Of a stretch of DNA of 64,000 nucleotides, positions 20,174 through 29,020 are shown piece after piece. Location of the stretch: positions 924-64,923 of the forward strand of contig JAJEIA010000073.1 of the NCBI GenBank assembly GCA_022823505.1, in the 5' to 3' direction. The notes below the pieces were generated by a model. That model saw only the letters and a program-made list of their open reading frames with translations, was not told where the DNA came from and searched no databases. The DNA comes from Dehalococcoidia bacterium (GTDB lineage: Bacteria; Chloroflexota; Dehalococcoidia; Lucifugimonadales; UBA3495). How positions within the stretch are numbered: the stretch's first letter is position 1; each line of letters begins with the position of its first letter. A program made the position numbers and the translations under genes.

Positions 20174-21850
20174 ATGACATCGCTTTTCACCACGCTACAG
20201 GGCGCCGATTTACGCCAGGCCATGCTCGGCGCGGTCGCCTACATGGAACTGTACCGGGACGCCGCCAACGCTCTGAACGTGTTCCCGGTACCGGATGGCG
20301 ACACGGGCACCAACATGCTCCTGACACTGCGCGCCGGCGTCGAGCAGATGAACCGCGACGCCGACGCCGAGGCCGCCGGAGAAGTCGCGGAGTCCATCGC
20401 AACCGGCGCCTTCTGGGGCGCCCGCGGCAACAGCGGCGTGATCCTCTCGCAATTGCTGCGCGGTTTCGCCGACGGTGTGGCCGGCGCCGTGGAGATTGAC
20501 TCCTCAGACGCCGTCGCGGCGTTCCGCTCGGCAACCGATTCCGCGTACGGGGCCGTCAGCCAACCCCGCGAAGGCACCATGCTGTCGGTAATTCGCGGAG
20601 CATCGGACGCCTCAGTGCAGGCCAACGACGCCGGCGAGCGTGACGTCATCTCACTATGGCAGGTGGCTTACGCCGGCGCCATTGAAGCTCTGGCCCGCAC
20701 TCCCGACCAGCTTCCCGTCCTGAAGGAAGCCGGAGTTGTGGATTCGGGAGGTTTGGGCGTAGTCGCCATTATTGGCGGCGCACTGCAGCACCTGCTCGGC
20801 GAAACTGGGCCGCCCATCGATCTGGGCTTGCGCAGCGTCGGCGGCGTCATCAACCCCCAGCAGACCGCATCGGTGGCCATAGATTCCGACTTCCTGGAGG
20901 CGCACGAGGCAGAGGAGTTTGGCTACTGCACACAGTTTGTCATCCACGGCCAAGAATTGGATGTTGACGCGCTGCGGATGGGGTTCTCCGGCATCTGCGA
21001 TTCCACGGTGGTCGTAGGCGGCGGCCAGGCGGTCCGGATCCATGTGCACACCGCCGACCCCGGTTCCGCGTTGACTTACGGCGTCGGTTTCGGCGAGTTG
21101 GACGAACTCAAAATCGACAACATGAGCCTGCAAAACCGCGACTGGACGGCCGGCCACCGGGAGCGCGCTCGCCCCACGGAGATCCGCGCCGGCATTTCCG
21201 TCATCGCGGTCGCCTCTGGCAAGGGTCTGGCCGACCTGTTCCAGGACGCCGGCTGCGCGGCCATCATTCCCGGCGGGCAGACTCTCAACCCCAGCGCCAG
21301 TGAGATCATCGACGCCGCCATGTCCGCCGGCACCACGGACGTGATCGTGCTGCCCAACAATCACAACGTCATTCTCACCGCCAACCAGGCGGCGGAAGCC
21401 GACACCGGCGAAGTGACGTTGCACGTGCTGGGCACCCGCACCATGCCCCAGGGCACGGGAGCGTTGCTCGGGTTCAACCCCGAACTCTCGGTGGAAGACA
21501 ATCTGGGCAACATGGAGTCGGCGCGTTCCGGCGTGGAAACTCTCGAGGTCACCCAGGCGGTCCGGGACTCTGTGGTTGACGGCCGCGAGGTCCGGGAAGG
21601 CGAGTACATGGCAATCCTGGACGGCAATCTGGCCGCCCTGGCCGATACCCCGGACGCCGCCGTGCGCGAGGGGATGCAACACTCCGCTGCCGACGAGGAC
21701 AGTGTGATCACCCTGTATTGGGGAGAAGGCGCTTCGGCCGAATCGGCCGCCGCCCTGCAGAATGAATTGGAAGAGTCCTACGATGGGGCGGAGGTGGACG
21801 TGTACGAGGGTGGCCAGCCCCACTATCCGTACCTGGTATCGGTCGAATAA
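20174..21850 (+). CDS. yloV: DAK2 domain fusion protein (YloV family)
   Basis: 558 aa. N-terminal DhaL-type motif PDGDTGTNM. Conserved position upstream of degV/recG. Confidence 0.88.
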   Translation: MTSLFTTLQGADLRQAMLGAVAYMELYRDAANALNVFPVPDGDTGTNMLLTLRAGVEQMNRDADAEAAGEVAESIATGAFWGARGNSGVILSQLLRGFADGVAGAVEIDSSDAVAAFRSATDSAYGAVSQPREGTMLSVIRGASDASVQANDAGERDVISLWQVAYAGAIEALARTPDQLPVLKEAGVVDSGGLGVVAIIGGALQHLLGETGPPIDLGLRSVGGVINPQQTASVAIDSDFLEAHEAEEFGYCTQFVIHGQELDVDALRMGFSGICDSTVVVGGGQAVRIHVHTADPGSALTYGVGFGELDELKIDNMSLQNRDWTAGHRERARPTEIRAGISVIAVASGKGLADLFQDAGCAAIIPGGQTLNPSASEIIDAAMSAGTTDVIVLPNNHNVILTANQAAEADTGEVTLHVLGTRTMPQGTGALLGFNPELSVEDNLGNMESARSGVETLEVTQAVRDSVVDGREVREGEYMAILDGNLAALADTPDAAVREGMQHSAADEDSVITLYWGEGASAESAAALQNELEESYDGAEVDVYEGGQPHYPYLVSVE

Positions 21851-21887
21851 CTCAATCCAGTCGCGAGCCGGCGAAGGAGCGTCCCGC

Positions 21888-22721
21888 ATGGCCATAAAGA
21901 TCATCACCGACAGCACCTGTGACATTGCCCGGGAGACCGTCGAACAATTCGGAATCTCCGTCGTCCCCGCCTACGTCCTGTTCGGAGAGGAGTCCTTCCG
22001 CCAGGGAATCGACATCAATCCCACCCAGTTTTACGCGCGGCTCCAGTCCTCGGCTCAGCTTCCCAGCACCTCGCAGCCCACGCCCGGCGACTTCACTGGC
22101 GCGATGGAACCCCTGGTCTCGGCCGGCGATCAAATCGTGTGCATCACCGTGGCCCGGCAGCTCAGCGGGACCTACAACTCCGCAGCGCAGGCGGCGTCGC
22201 AGTTCGACGACGGCGCCGTGACCGTGATCGACTCCGGCACCGCTTCCGTGGGACACATGCTCCAGGTGATCGCCGCGGCCGAGGATGCCTCCGCCGACGA
22301 TGCAACGCTGGACTCGGTCGTGTCGGCTTCCCAATCCCGCGCCAGCCGGAGCTATGGGTTCGCCATGGTCGACACGTTGGAATACCTGCAAAAGGGCGGC
22401 AGGATCGGCAAGGCCCAGGCTTTTATGGGTTCGTTGCTCAAGGTGAAACCGATCCTCAAGGTCGCCGACGGCGAAGTGCTGCCCGTCGACCGCCCGCGGA
22501 ACCTGCGCCGGGGTTTGCAGCGCCTGGAGGAGCTGGTCCGCGAACAGGCCCCGGTTTCCAAGCTGGCCGTCGCCTACACCACCGACGCTGGCCCGGCCGA
22601 AGAGATGCGCAATCGCCTGTCCGACCTGGCGGACCCCGCCAACACCTACACCCTGCAGATCGGTTCCGCCATCGGTACCCATGTGGGTCCGGGCGCCGTG
22701 GCGGTGTCCACGCTCCAATAG
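21888..22721 (+). CDS. DegV family fatty-acid-binding protein
   Basis: ATG 21888 after GAAGGAG. MAIKIITDSTCD... is a typical DegV N-terminus. The upstream part of ORF 21762.. overlaps yloV. Confidence 0.88.
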   Translation: MAIKIITDSTCDIARETVEQFGISVVPAYVLFGEESFRQGIDINPTQFYARLQSSAQLPSTSQPTPGDFTGAMEPLVSAGDQIVCITVARQLSGTYNSAAQAASQFDDGAVTVIDSGTASVGHMLQVIAAAEDASADDATLDSVVSASQSRASRSYGFAMVDTLEYLQKGGRIGKAQAFMGSLLKVKPILKVADGEVLPVDRPRNLRRGLQRLEELVREQAPVSKLAVAYTTDAGPAEEMRNRLSDLADPANTYTLQIGSAIGTHVGPGAVAVSTLQ

Positions 22722-22760
22722 CGGCCCCGCGCCGCTGCCGGCACGACGGAGCGCCGCTTG

Positions 22761-25337
22761 ATGGTCGAGTCCATGGACACTGACCACGCCGATACCGTTC
22801 CCGTCTGGCGCGACGCATTCGGCAAAATCCTTGCCCTCGAGGAGCACAAGGGTTTTGGCGACAACGCCGTGAGCGGCGGCATCCGCCGCTTCATCGAACG
22901 CTGGGAGCCGGAACTCCGCGCTTACCTCGAGGATGACCCCGACCGGATTGCGACGCTGATATCGGCCCCCTACCGCGAACTTGCGCCGCAGGGGCGCCGG
23001 GAATGGGTCGCTGCCTGGCGCGGCGTCCTGGGCGGCCAAGCCGAGCCGCCGCGTCTAGAACCGGCCAGCCCGGCAACCCCGCCGCCAGATGCCTCTCCGG
23101 GCATCGATCCCGCGCCTGGAACTCACCTCTTCAACCCCGGCGACGCTTTCCAGCATGTCCAGATCCGACGGCGTCAGCACGCGGTACCCAAGCTCGCCGC
23201 CAACCCGGGCGACCCGGACGATCCCGTCTCCGCCATTCGACGCATGGACGCCCGGACGGTGCAGCGGTTGGAGTCGATGGGAGCCGGCACAGTTCGAGAC
23301 CTGCTCTACATGCTCCCGCGCCGCTACGACGACCGGGCGGAAATCACCGGCATCGCCGACGTCTACGCCGGTGGAACCTTCACCCTGGAAGGCGAGTTGG
23401 CGGACATCCGCTCCGCCAATGTGGGACAGCGCCGGCTGCAATTGGTCGAGGGCACGCTGCGGGACACCACCGGAGCCATCGACCTGCAGTGGTTCGGGCA
23501 AGGGTTTCTGGCCCGCACATTACGGGCCGGCAGCACGATGGTCGTGCATGGCAAGGCCGAAATTTATCGGGGCCGGCTCACCATACAGTCGCCTGAATAT
23601 GATGTGGTCACGGACGCCGCGCCACCCCTGAACGCCGGGCGCGTCACCCCGGTGTACCGCCTGACCCAGGGGATGACTGCGCGCAACCTGCGCAGCCTCA
23701 CCTGGCGTGCCCTGGAGCGTTTCCTGGGCGGCATCGCGGAACCGATGCCGGGCGACACCCTGGCCCGCACGCAGCTGGTCGGGATTCAACAGGCCCTCAG
23801 CGATGCCCACTACCCGGCGGATCTGGCCCACGCCGACCGGGCTCGCCGCCGGCTTGCCTTCGACGAAATCCTCGCCTTCCAGATGTCCATCCTGGGCCGC
23901 CGCCGCCACCGCGAGCGCAACGCTGCCGGGACGCCCGTCCAATACAGCGGCCCGGCGGTGGACGGTTTCCTGTCCGAACTTCCCTTCACGCCCACCAGGG
24001 CGCAGGTGCGCTGCATCGGCGAAATCCTGGCCGACATGGCGCGCGGCACGCCTCCCATGAGTCGCCTGTTGCAGGGCGAAGTGGGCAGCGGCAAGACGCT
24101 GGTTGCGTTGACCGCGATCCTTGCAGCAGCGTCGGACCATCGCCAGTCGTCTCTCATGGCGCCCACTGAGGTCCTGTCCGAGCAGCACTTCGCCACGGTG
24201 GGGCGTCTGCTATCCACCTTCGAGCAGCCGCTGCAGCAGCCCAACGTTTTCTCCGCCTACCTGCCCAGCCTGCGGCGTCCCTTCACCGTCGGCCTGCTGA
24301 CCGGTAGCACGCGGGCCGCTCCCCGACGGGAGGTGCTGCGCCTGGCCTCCGAAGGCCATCTTGACCTGCTGGTCGGCACCCACGCCCTGATCCAGGACGG
24401 CGTCGAACTGCCCAACCTCGCCCTGGCCATCACCGACGAGCAGCACCGGTTCGGCGTTGCCCAGCGCACCGCCCTGCGAGGCGCCGGCCCGGAGCAGCCC
24501 CATGCCCTCATGATGTCCGCCACGCCCATACCGCGCACGTTGCAGTTGACCCTCTACGGCGACCTGGACGTGTCGACCATCGATGAACTCCCGCCGGGGC
24601 GTCAGGACATCCTCACCCGGCTGGTGCCCGAGGCCAAGCGCGCCGCCGCGTACGGTTTCGTGCGGCAGCAGGTGGAAGCCGGCCGCCAGGCTTTCATCAT
24701 CTGCCCGCTCGTCGAGGAGTCCGAGAACCTGGACGTCCGCGCCGCCACCGAGGAACACAAGCGGCTGTCCGGCGAGGTCTTCCCGGACCTGAAGCTCGGG
24801 CTGCTCCATGGGCGGCTGTCGTCTCGGGACAAGGACAAGGTCATGCGCCAGTTTCGCGACGGTGAGCTGGACGTGCTGGTCGCCACCGCGGTGGTCGAGG
24901 TTGGCATCGACGTGCCCAACGCCACCGTGATGATGATCGATGGCGCGGACCGCTTCGGCCTCGCCCAGCTTCACCAGTTCCGCGGCCGGGTCGGGCGCGG
25001 GGAACACCGCAGCTACTGCCTGCTCATGTCCGAATCGGAATCGGAGAGAGCGCGGGAGCGCCTGTCAGCCCTGGAAAACAACCGCGACGGTTTCAAGCTC
25101 GCCGAGATCGACCTGCAGATGCGTCACGAAGGCGACATCTTCGGCACCAGCCAGAGCGGCGACCAGACCATGCTCCGCATCGCCAACGTGTTCGATCAGG
25201 ACCTGATGGCGCTGGCCCGCCAGGAGGCCGCTGCCATCATCGATGCCGACCCGGAACTGACCGATCCGAAGCACGCCGGCATCGCCGCCGAAAGGGACCG
25301 GTTCCTGGTCCGGGTCCAGCAAAACATCAGCGACTGA
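22761..25337 (+). CDS. recG: ATP-dependent DNA helicase RecG with ~165-aa N-terminal extension
   Basis: Walker A GEVGSGKT, DEQHRFG, wedge/OB region, C-terminal TRG-like motif. Start is ATG 22761 (TTG 22758 also possible). Confidence 0.93.
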   Translation: MVESMDTDHADTVPVWRDAFGKILALEEHKGFGDNAVSGGIRRFIERWEPELRAYLEDDPDRIATLISAPYRELAPQGRREWVAAWRGVLGGQAEPPRLEPASPATPPPDASPGIDPAPGTHLFNPGDAFQHVQIRRRQHAVPKLAANPGDPDDPVSAIRRMDARTVQRLESMGAGTVRDLLYMLPRRYDDRAEITGIADVYAGGTFTLEGELADIRSANVGQRRLQLVEGTLRDTTGAIDLQWFGQGFLARTLRAGSTMVVHGKAEIYRGRLTIQSPEYDVVTDAAPPLNAGRVTPVYRLTQGMTARNLRSLTWRALERFLGGIAEPMPGDTLARTQLVGIQQALSDAHYPADLAHADRARRRLAFDEILAFQMSILGRRRHRERNAAGTPVQYSGPAVDGFLSELPFTPTRAQVRCIGEILADMARGTPPMSRLLQGEVGSGKTLVALTAILAAASDHRQSSLMAPTEVLSEQHFATVGRLLSTFEQPLQQPNVFSAYLPSLRRPFTVGLLTGSTRAAPRREVLRLASEGHLDLLVGTHALIQDGVELPNLALAITDEQHRFGVAQRTALRGAGPEQPHALMMSATPIPRTLQLTLYGDLDVSTIDELPPGRQDILTRLVPEAKRAAAYGFVRQQVEAGRQAFIICPLVEESENLDVRAATEEHKRLSGEVFPDLKLGLLHGRLSSRDKDKVMRQFRDGELDVLVATAVVEVGIDVPNATVMMIDGADRFGLAQLHQFRGRVGRGEHRSYCLLMSESESERARERLSALENNRDGFKLAEIDLQMRHEGDIFGTSQSGDQTMLRIANVFDQDLMALARQEAAAIIDADPELTDPKHAGIAAERDRFLVRVQQNISD

Positions 25338-25389
25338 CCCGGGATGGACGGGCGGTTCAACCCGCCGGGCGCAGGACGGGGACTTCCCC

Positions 25390-26064
25390 TCATCCCTCGG
25401 AATTCACGTCGCGAAAACGGTAGCCGACGTTCCAGATCGTCTCCACGAACAGGTGGTCCGGGTCCTCCACCTTGGACCGCAGCCGCCGGATGTGCACGTC
25501 CACCGTGCGCGTTCCGCCCAGGTAGTCGTACCCCCAAACCTGGTTGAGCAGCGCTTCCCGCGTGTAGACCCGGCCGGGATTCGACGCCAGCAGCGTCAGC
25601 AGTTGGAACTCCTTGTAGGTCAGCGAGACCCGCCGTCCCGCCATCGTGACCTCGTAGCTTTGCAGGTCGATGGTCAGTTCCCCCACCCGGATCAGTTGCT
25701 CGCCGCCGCGTCCGTCGCGCCGGTACACGATCTGGCCAACACGCGCCACCAGTTCTGCGGGACCGATGGGAGCCACGATGAAATCGTCGGGGTTGATGGC
25801 CGGGTCGTACTGGCCGATGGCAGTCTCATCCATGACCAGGAGGGTCGGCAGCGACAGTTGGCTCACCCGTTCGATCACCGATTGCGCGCCGATTCCCACC
25901 GCCGACAGATCCAGCAGCACCACGTCCAGCCTGTCGCTGTGCGCCACGTCTTCCAGCTCCAGCACGTCGCTGCCCGCCCGGCACGTCAGCCCGGCGCGGT
26001 CGATCTGTCCCGCGAGGGCCGTCATTGCATCGCCCGGCCGGGTGAGCAAAAACACGTTATACAA
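25390..26064 (-). CDS. OmpR/PhoB-type winged-helix regulator with degenerate receiver domain
   Basis: C-terminal LTYKEFQLLTLLASNPGRVYTREALLNQVWGYDY...VDVHIRRLRSKV...VGYRF. The receiver keeps VVLLDL but lacks the N-terminal acidic pair and has Ala at the conserved Lys position (DDFIVAPIG). Start is uncertain: TTG 26064 after AGGCAGGAAA, or ATG 26025. Confidence 0.8.
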   Translation of the reverse strand: MYNVFLLTRPGDAMTALAGQIDRAGLTCRAGSDVLELEDVAHSDRLDVVLLDLSAVGIGAQSVIERVSQLSLPTLLVMDETAIGQYDPAINPDDFIVAPIGPAELVARVGQIVYRRDGRGGEQLIRVGELTIDLQSYEVTMAGRRVSLTYKEFQLLTLLASNPGRVYTREALLNQVWGYDYLGGTRTVDVHIRRLRSKVEDPDHLFVETIWNVGYRFRDVNSEG

Positions 26065-26112
26065 ACCGGTTTCCTGCCTGCTGGGTAATTCGCTGGCGAC
26101 CCCAAGGCGAAA

Positions 26113-26160
26113 TTGACGCTGGCCGGTCACCCCTCTATCATTGCGCACGAACGGCGCAAT
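26113..26160 (+). promoter_or_regulatory. promoter candidate plus overlapping 7-bp hairpin/operator
   Basis: TTGACG (26113-26118), 17 nt, TATCAT (26136-26141). Perfect palindrome ATTGCGC-acgaacg-GCGCAAT at 26140-26160. Lies in the divergent intergenic region. Confidence 0.45.
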
Positions 26161-26212
26161 TCTAGCATAAGACACGGCCAACCAAACCTGCCGTCCCGAC
26201 TGGAGACCGACC

Positions 26213-27010
26213 ATGACCACCGCAACCATGCTCCCGACCCAACCCGCTGAACTCCGCCGGATCATCCGTGCCGGCGAGTACGGCGGCGTCACCTCCGGAC
26301 TGGCCAACGGGCACGTGCAGGCGAACCTCGCGGTTTTGCCCCGCGACCTCGCGTTCGATTTCCTGCTCTTCTGCCAGCGCAATCCCCAGCCCTGTCCGCT
26401 GCTGGAAGTCGTCGAGGCCGGTTCCGTCGAGCCGTCGTTCACCGCTCCGGGCGCGGACATCAGTACCGATGTGCCGGCCTACCGAATCTACGAAAACGGC
26501 GAGATGGTTGCCGAACTGGCGTCGGTGGCCGACGTGTGGCGGGATGACCTGGTGTCGTTCCTGCTCGGCTGCAGCTTCTCCTTCGAGGCCGCCATGGCCG
26601 ATTCCGGCATACCACTGCGCCACCAGGAAGCCGGCAGCAACGTGCCAATGTACATCACCAACATCCCGACCCGCCCGGCCGGTATGTTCTCCGGTCCCAT
26701 GGTGGTGAGCATGCGCCCCATCCCCCGGGAACAGGTGGTGCGCGCGGTGCAGGTGACCTCCCGCTTCCCGGACACCCACGGCGCACCGGTCCACATCGGC
26801 GATCCCGACGCCATCGGCATCCGCGACATCAACGCCCCCGAGTTCGGCGACGCTGTCGAAATCCGACCGGGTGAGACCCCGGTTTTCTGGGCCTGCGGAG
26901 TTACGCCGCAAGCCGTGGCCCTCAACTGCAAGCCTCCGCTGATGATCACCCACGCCCCCGGCAAGATGTTCATCACCGACCGCCGCGATTCCGACTACGC
27001 AGTCCTCTGA
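26213..27010 (+). CDS. DUF1445/UPF0317 putative hydro-lyase (D-glutamate cyclase catalytic-domain homologue)
   Basis: [52 protein letters not shown] is characteristic of UPF0317. SD GGAGA lies before ATG. Confidence 0.85.
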   Translation: MTTATMLPTQPAELRRIIRAGEYGGVTSGLANGHVQANLAVLPRDLAFDFLLFCQRNPQPCPLLEVVEAGSVEPSFTAPGADISTDVPAYRIYENGEMVAELASVADVWRDDLVSFLLGCSFSFEAAMADSGIPLRHQEAGSNVPMYITNIPTRPAGMFSGPMVVSMRPIPREQVVRAVQVTSRFPDTHGAPVHIGDPDAIGIRDINAPEFGDAVEIRPGETPVFWACGVTPQAVALNCKPPLMITHAPGKMFITDRRDSDYAVL

Positions 27011-27022
27011 CCACGGAGCATC

Positions 27023-27892
27023 ATGACGCGCACAATTGAAGACATCGTCCTCGACCACGACCGCCGTGGCATCAACGCGCTCCGGCCCCACGTGCCGGCG
27101 GATTTCTGTGGTCAGGCCGCCCGGTACGTGCTGGACCATCCCGGGCCCGTGATCATCACCACCGGGTTCTACATCCTGATGAGCGACGCGCCCGAAACCG
27201 ACGGCCCGCCCGGGGCCTTCGCCATCGGCAACGCCGTGCGCAGCCTGGGGCATACCGTCGTCCACCTGGCCGACGCGCCGGTCGCCGGCATGATGTCCTC
27301 CTGGCTGGGCCACGCGGGGGATCCGTCGCGCGTGGTCGACTTCCCCATCTCCGCCGACGCGGCCGGCAACGCCGGGTTCGTTTCCGCCATCGTCGACGAA
27401 TTCCAGCCCGCCCTGGTCATCTCCATCGAGCGCTGCTCGCCCGACGCCGAAGGCATCTACCGCAACATGCGCGGCCGCGACATCTCGCCACAGACCGCCC
27501 GCATCGACCAGCTTTTCGGCCGCGGCCTGCCGTCCGTCGGCATCGGGGACGGCGGCAACGAGATCGGCATGGGCAATCTGGCCGACGTGGTCGCCGGAGC
27601 CGACCGGCTTCCCGACCATCCTGCCGTGGTGGGCTGCGACCGCCTGATCATCTCCAGCACCTCCAATTGGGGCGGCTACGGACTGGTGGCGGCGCTGTCC
27701 CTGGAGGCCGGCCGCAACCTGCTCCCGGACGTCGACACCGACGCCGATTGCATCCGTTTCCTCGTCGATGCCGGAGCCGTGAGCGGCGTCAGCGGCGAGC
27801 ATGACTACCTGGTCGACGAGTTCACGCTGGAGGAGAACGCGGCGGTGCTGTCCGAACTGCACGATCTGGTGAACGCTCGGCTGCAGTCCTGA
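27023..27892 (+). CDS. DUF4392 domain protein (homologue of the N-terminal domain of eukaryotic D-glutamate cyclase)
   Basis: ITTGFYI...ETDGPPGA...ISIERC...YRNMRG...GIGDGGNEIGMGN...SSTSNWGGYG recalled as the DUF4392 signature. Lies 12 nt after the DUF1445 gene. Confidence 0.7.
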   Translation: MTRTIEDIVLDHDRRGINALRPHVPADFCGQAARYVLDHPGPVIITTGFYILMSDAPETDGPPGAFAIGNAVRSLGHTVVHLADAPVAGMMSSWLGHAGDPSRVVDFPISADAAGNAGFVSAIVDEFQPALVISIERCSPDAEGIYRNMRGRDISPQTARIDQLFGRGLPSVGIGDGGNEIGMGNLADVVAGADRLPDHPAVVGCDRLIISSTSNWGGYGLVAALSLEAGRNLLPDVDTDADCIRFLVDAGAVSGVSGEHDYLVDEFTLEENAAVLSELHDLVNARLQS

Positions 27893-27896
27893 TCCC

Positions 27897-29018
27897 ATGG
27901 GCAACTGCAAACACTGCGGCAACAAGGCCGGCTTCCTCCGCCGCAGCCACAAGGAATGCGACAACACCCATCGAGCCGGGCGCCAACGGATGGTCGCCCT
28001 CGTCGCCGAGGCCGCCGGACAGTCCCACTTCAACGAGGCCGCGCTGCTGGGCGATCTTGAGACCATCGCGTCCGGTTCGTACATCGACGAGGACGGTATC
28101 CGCGCTGCCCTCGCCGAGGGCTGGCATCAAGCTGTGCGCGAAGGCCTGGCCGACGGCATCCTGACGCAGGACGAAGAGGTGCGGCTCCGGGACTTTCGCG
28201 AACAGTTCGCCATCGAGGAGCAGCACAAGGCCGGCCAGACCGCAACCGCCCAGCTAGACCGTGCCGCCCGGGACCGGCTCATGCTGGACGCCCGGCTGGC
28301 CGCCCTGGCCACGACGGATGGCGAGGACCACCTGCACGATCTGGCTGCGATGCTCGAGGAGTCGGAGTTTTCTCAGGCGGAGCAGCGGCAACTGGTTTGC
28401 CAAGCCTGGGAGGCCGCCGTCGAGGGTTCCCTGGAGGACGGCGTGCTATCCCTGGACGAGGAGAACGCCCTGATCCGATACCTCCGCCGGTTCGGACTGG
28501 ATCAGTCCGACGTTGACGCCAATGGTGCCTACCACAACATGATCAAGTCGGCTGTCATCCGCGAAGCCGCCGAGGGGCTGATTCCCGACCGGCTGGGCGA
28601 CATCCCACGCGTGCCCTTCAATCTGATGAAATCAGAGCAATTGGTGTGGATCATCGACGGCGTCGACTACTACGAGGTCAAGACCCGCCGGGAACGCCGC
28701 GGCACCTCACATGGGGTCAGAATCCGCGTCGCCAAGGGCCTCTACTACCGCCCCAGCACCTTCCGCAGCCGCGCCGTGGAGTGGGAGGAAACCGTCCACG
28801 AGGACATTGGGCTCCTGGGCGTAACCAGCAAGCACATCTATTTCCACGGCCCGCGCAAGCGGTTCCGCATCCGCTATGACCGCATCGTTTCGTTCGATCC
28901 CTACGAAGACGGCATCGGCGTGATGCGTGATGCTCAGACCGCCAGGCCGCAGACGTTCCGCACCGGCGACGGCTGGTTTATCTACAACCTCGTCACCAAC
29001 CTGGCCCAACACTGGTAG
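27897..29018 (+). CDS. hypothetical protein: N-terminal Cys-rich Zn-ribbon-like motif, two internal helical repeats, C-terminal PH/GRAM-like beta domain
   Basis: MGNCKHCGNKAGFLRRSHKEC. Repeats ...EGLADGILTQDEEVRLRDFREQF... and ...GSLEDGVLSLDEENALIRYLRRFGL.... Lies 4 nt after the DUF4392 gene. Confidence 0.7.
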   Translation: MGNCKHCGNKAGFLRRSHKECDNTHRAGRQRMVALVAEAAGQSHFNEAALLGDLETIASGSYIDEDGIRAALAEGWHQAVREGLADGILTQDEEVRLRDFREQFAIEEQHKAGQTATAQLDRAARDRLMLDARLAALATTDGEDHLHDLAAMLEESEFSQAEQRQLVCQAWEAAVEGSLEDGVLSLDEENALIRYLRRFGLDQSDVDANGAYHNMIKSAVIREAAEGLIPDRLGDIPRVPFNLMKSEQLVWIIDGVDYYEVKTRRERRGTSHGVRIRVAKGLYYRPSTFRSRAVEWEETVHEDIGLLGVTSKHIYFHGPRKRFRIRYDRIVSFDPYEDGIGVMRDAQTARPQTFRTGDGWFIYNLVTNLAQHW

Positions 29019-29020
29019 GC

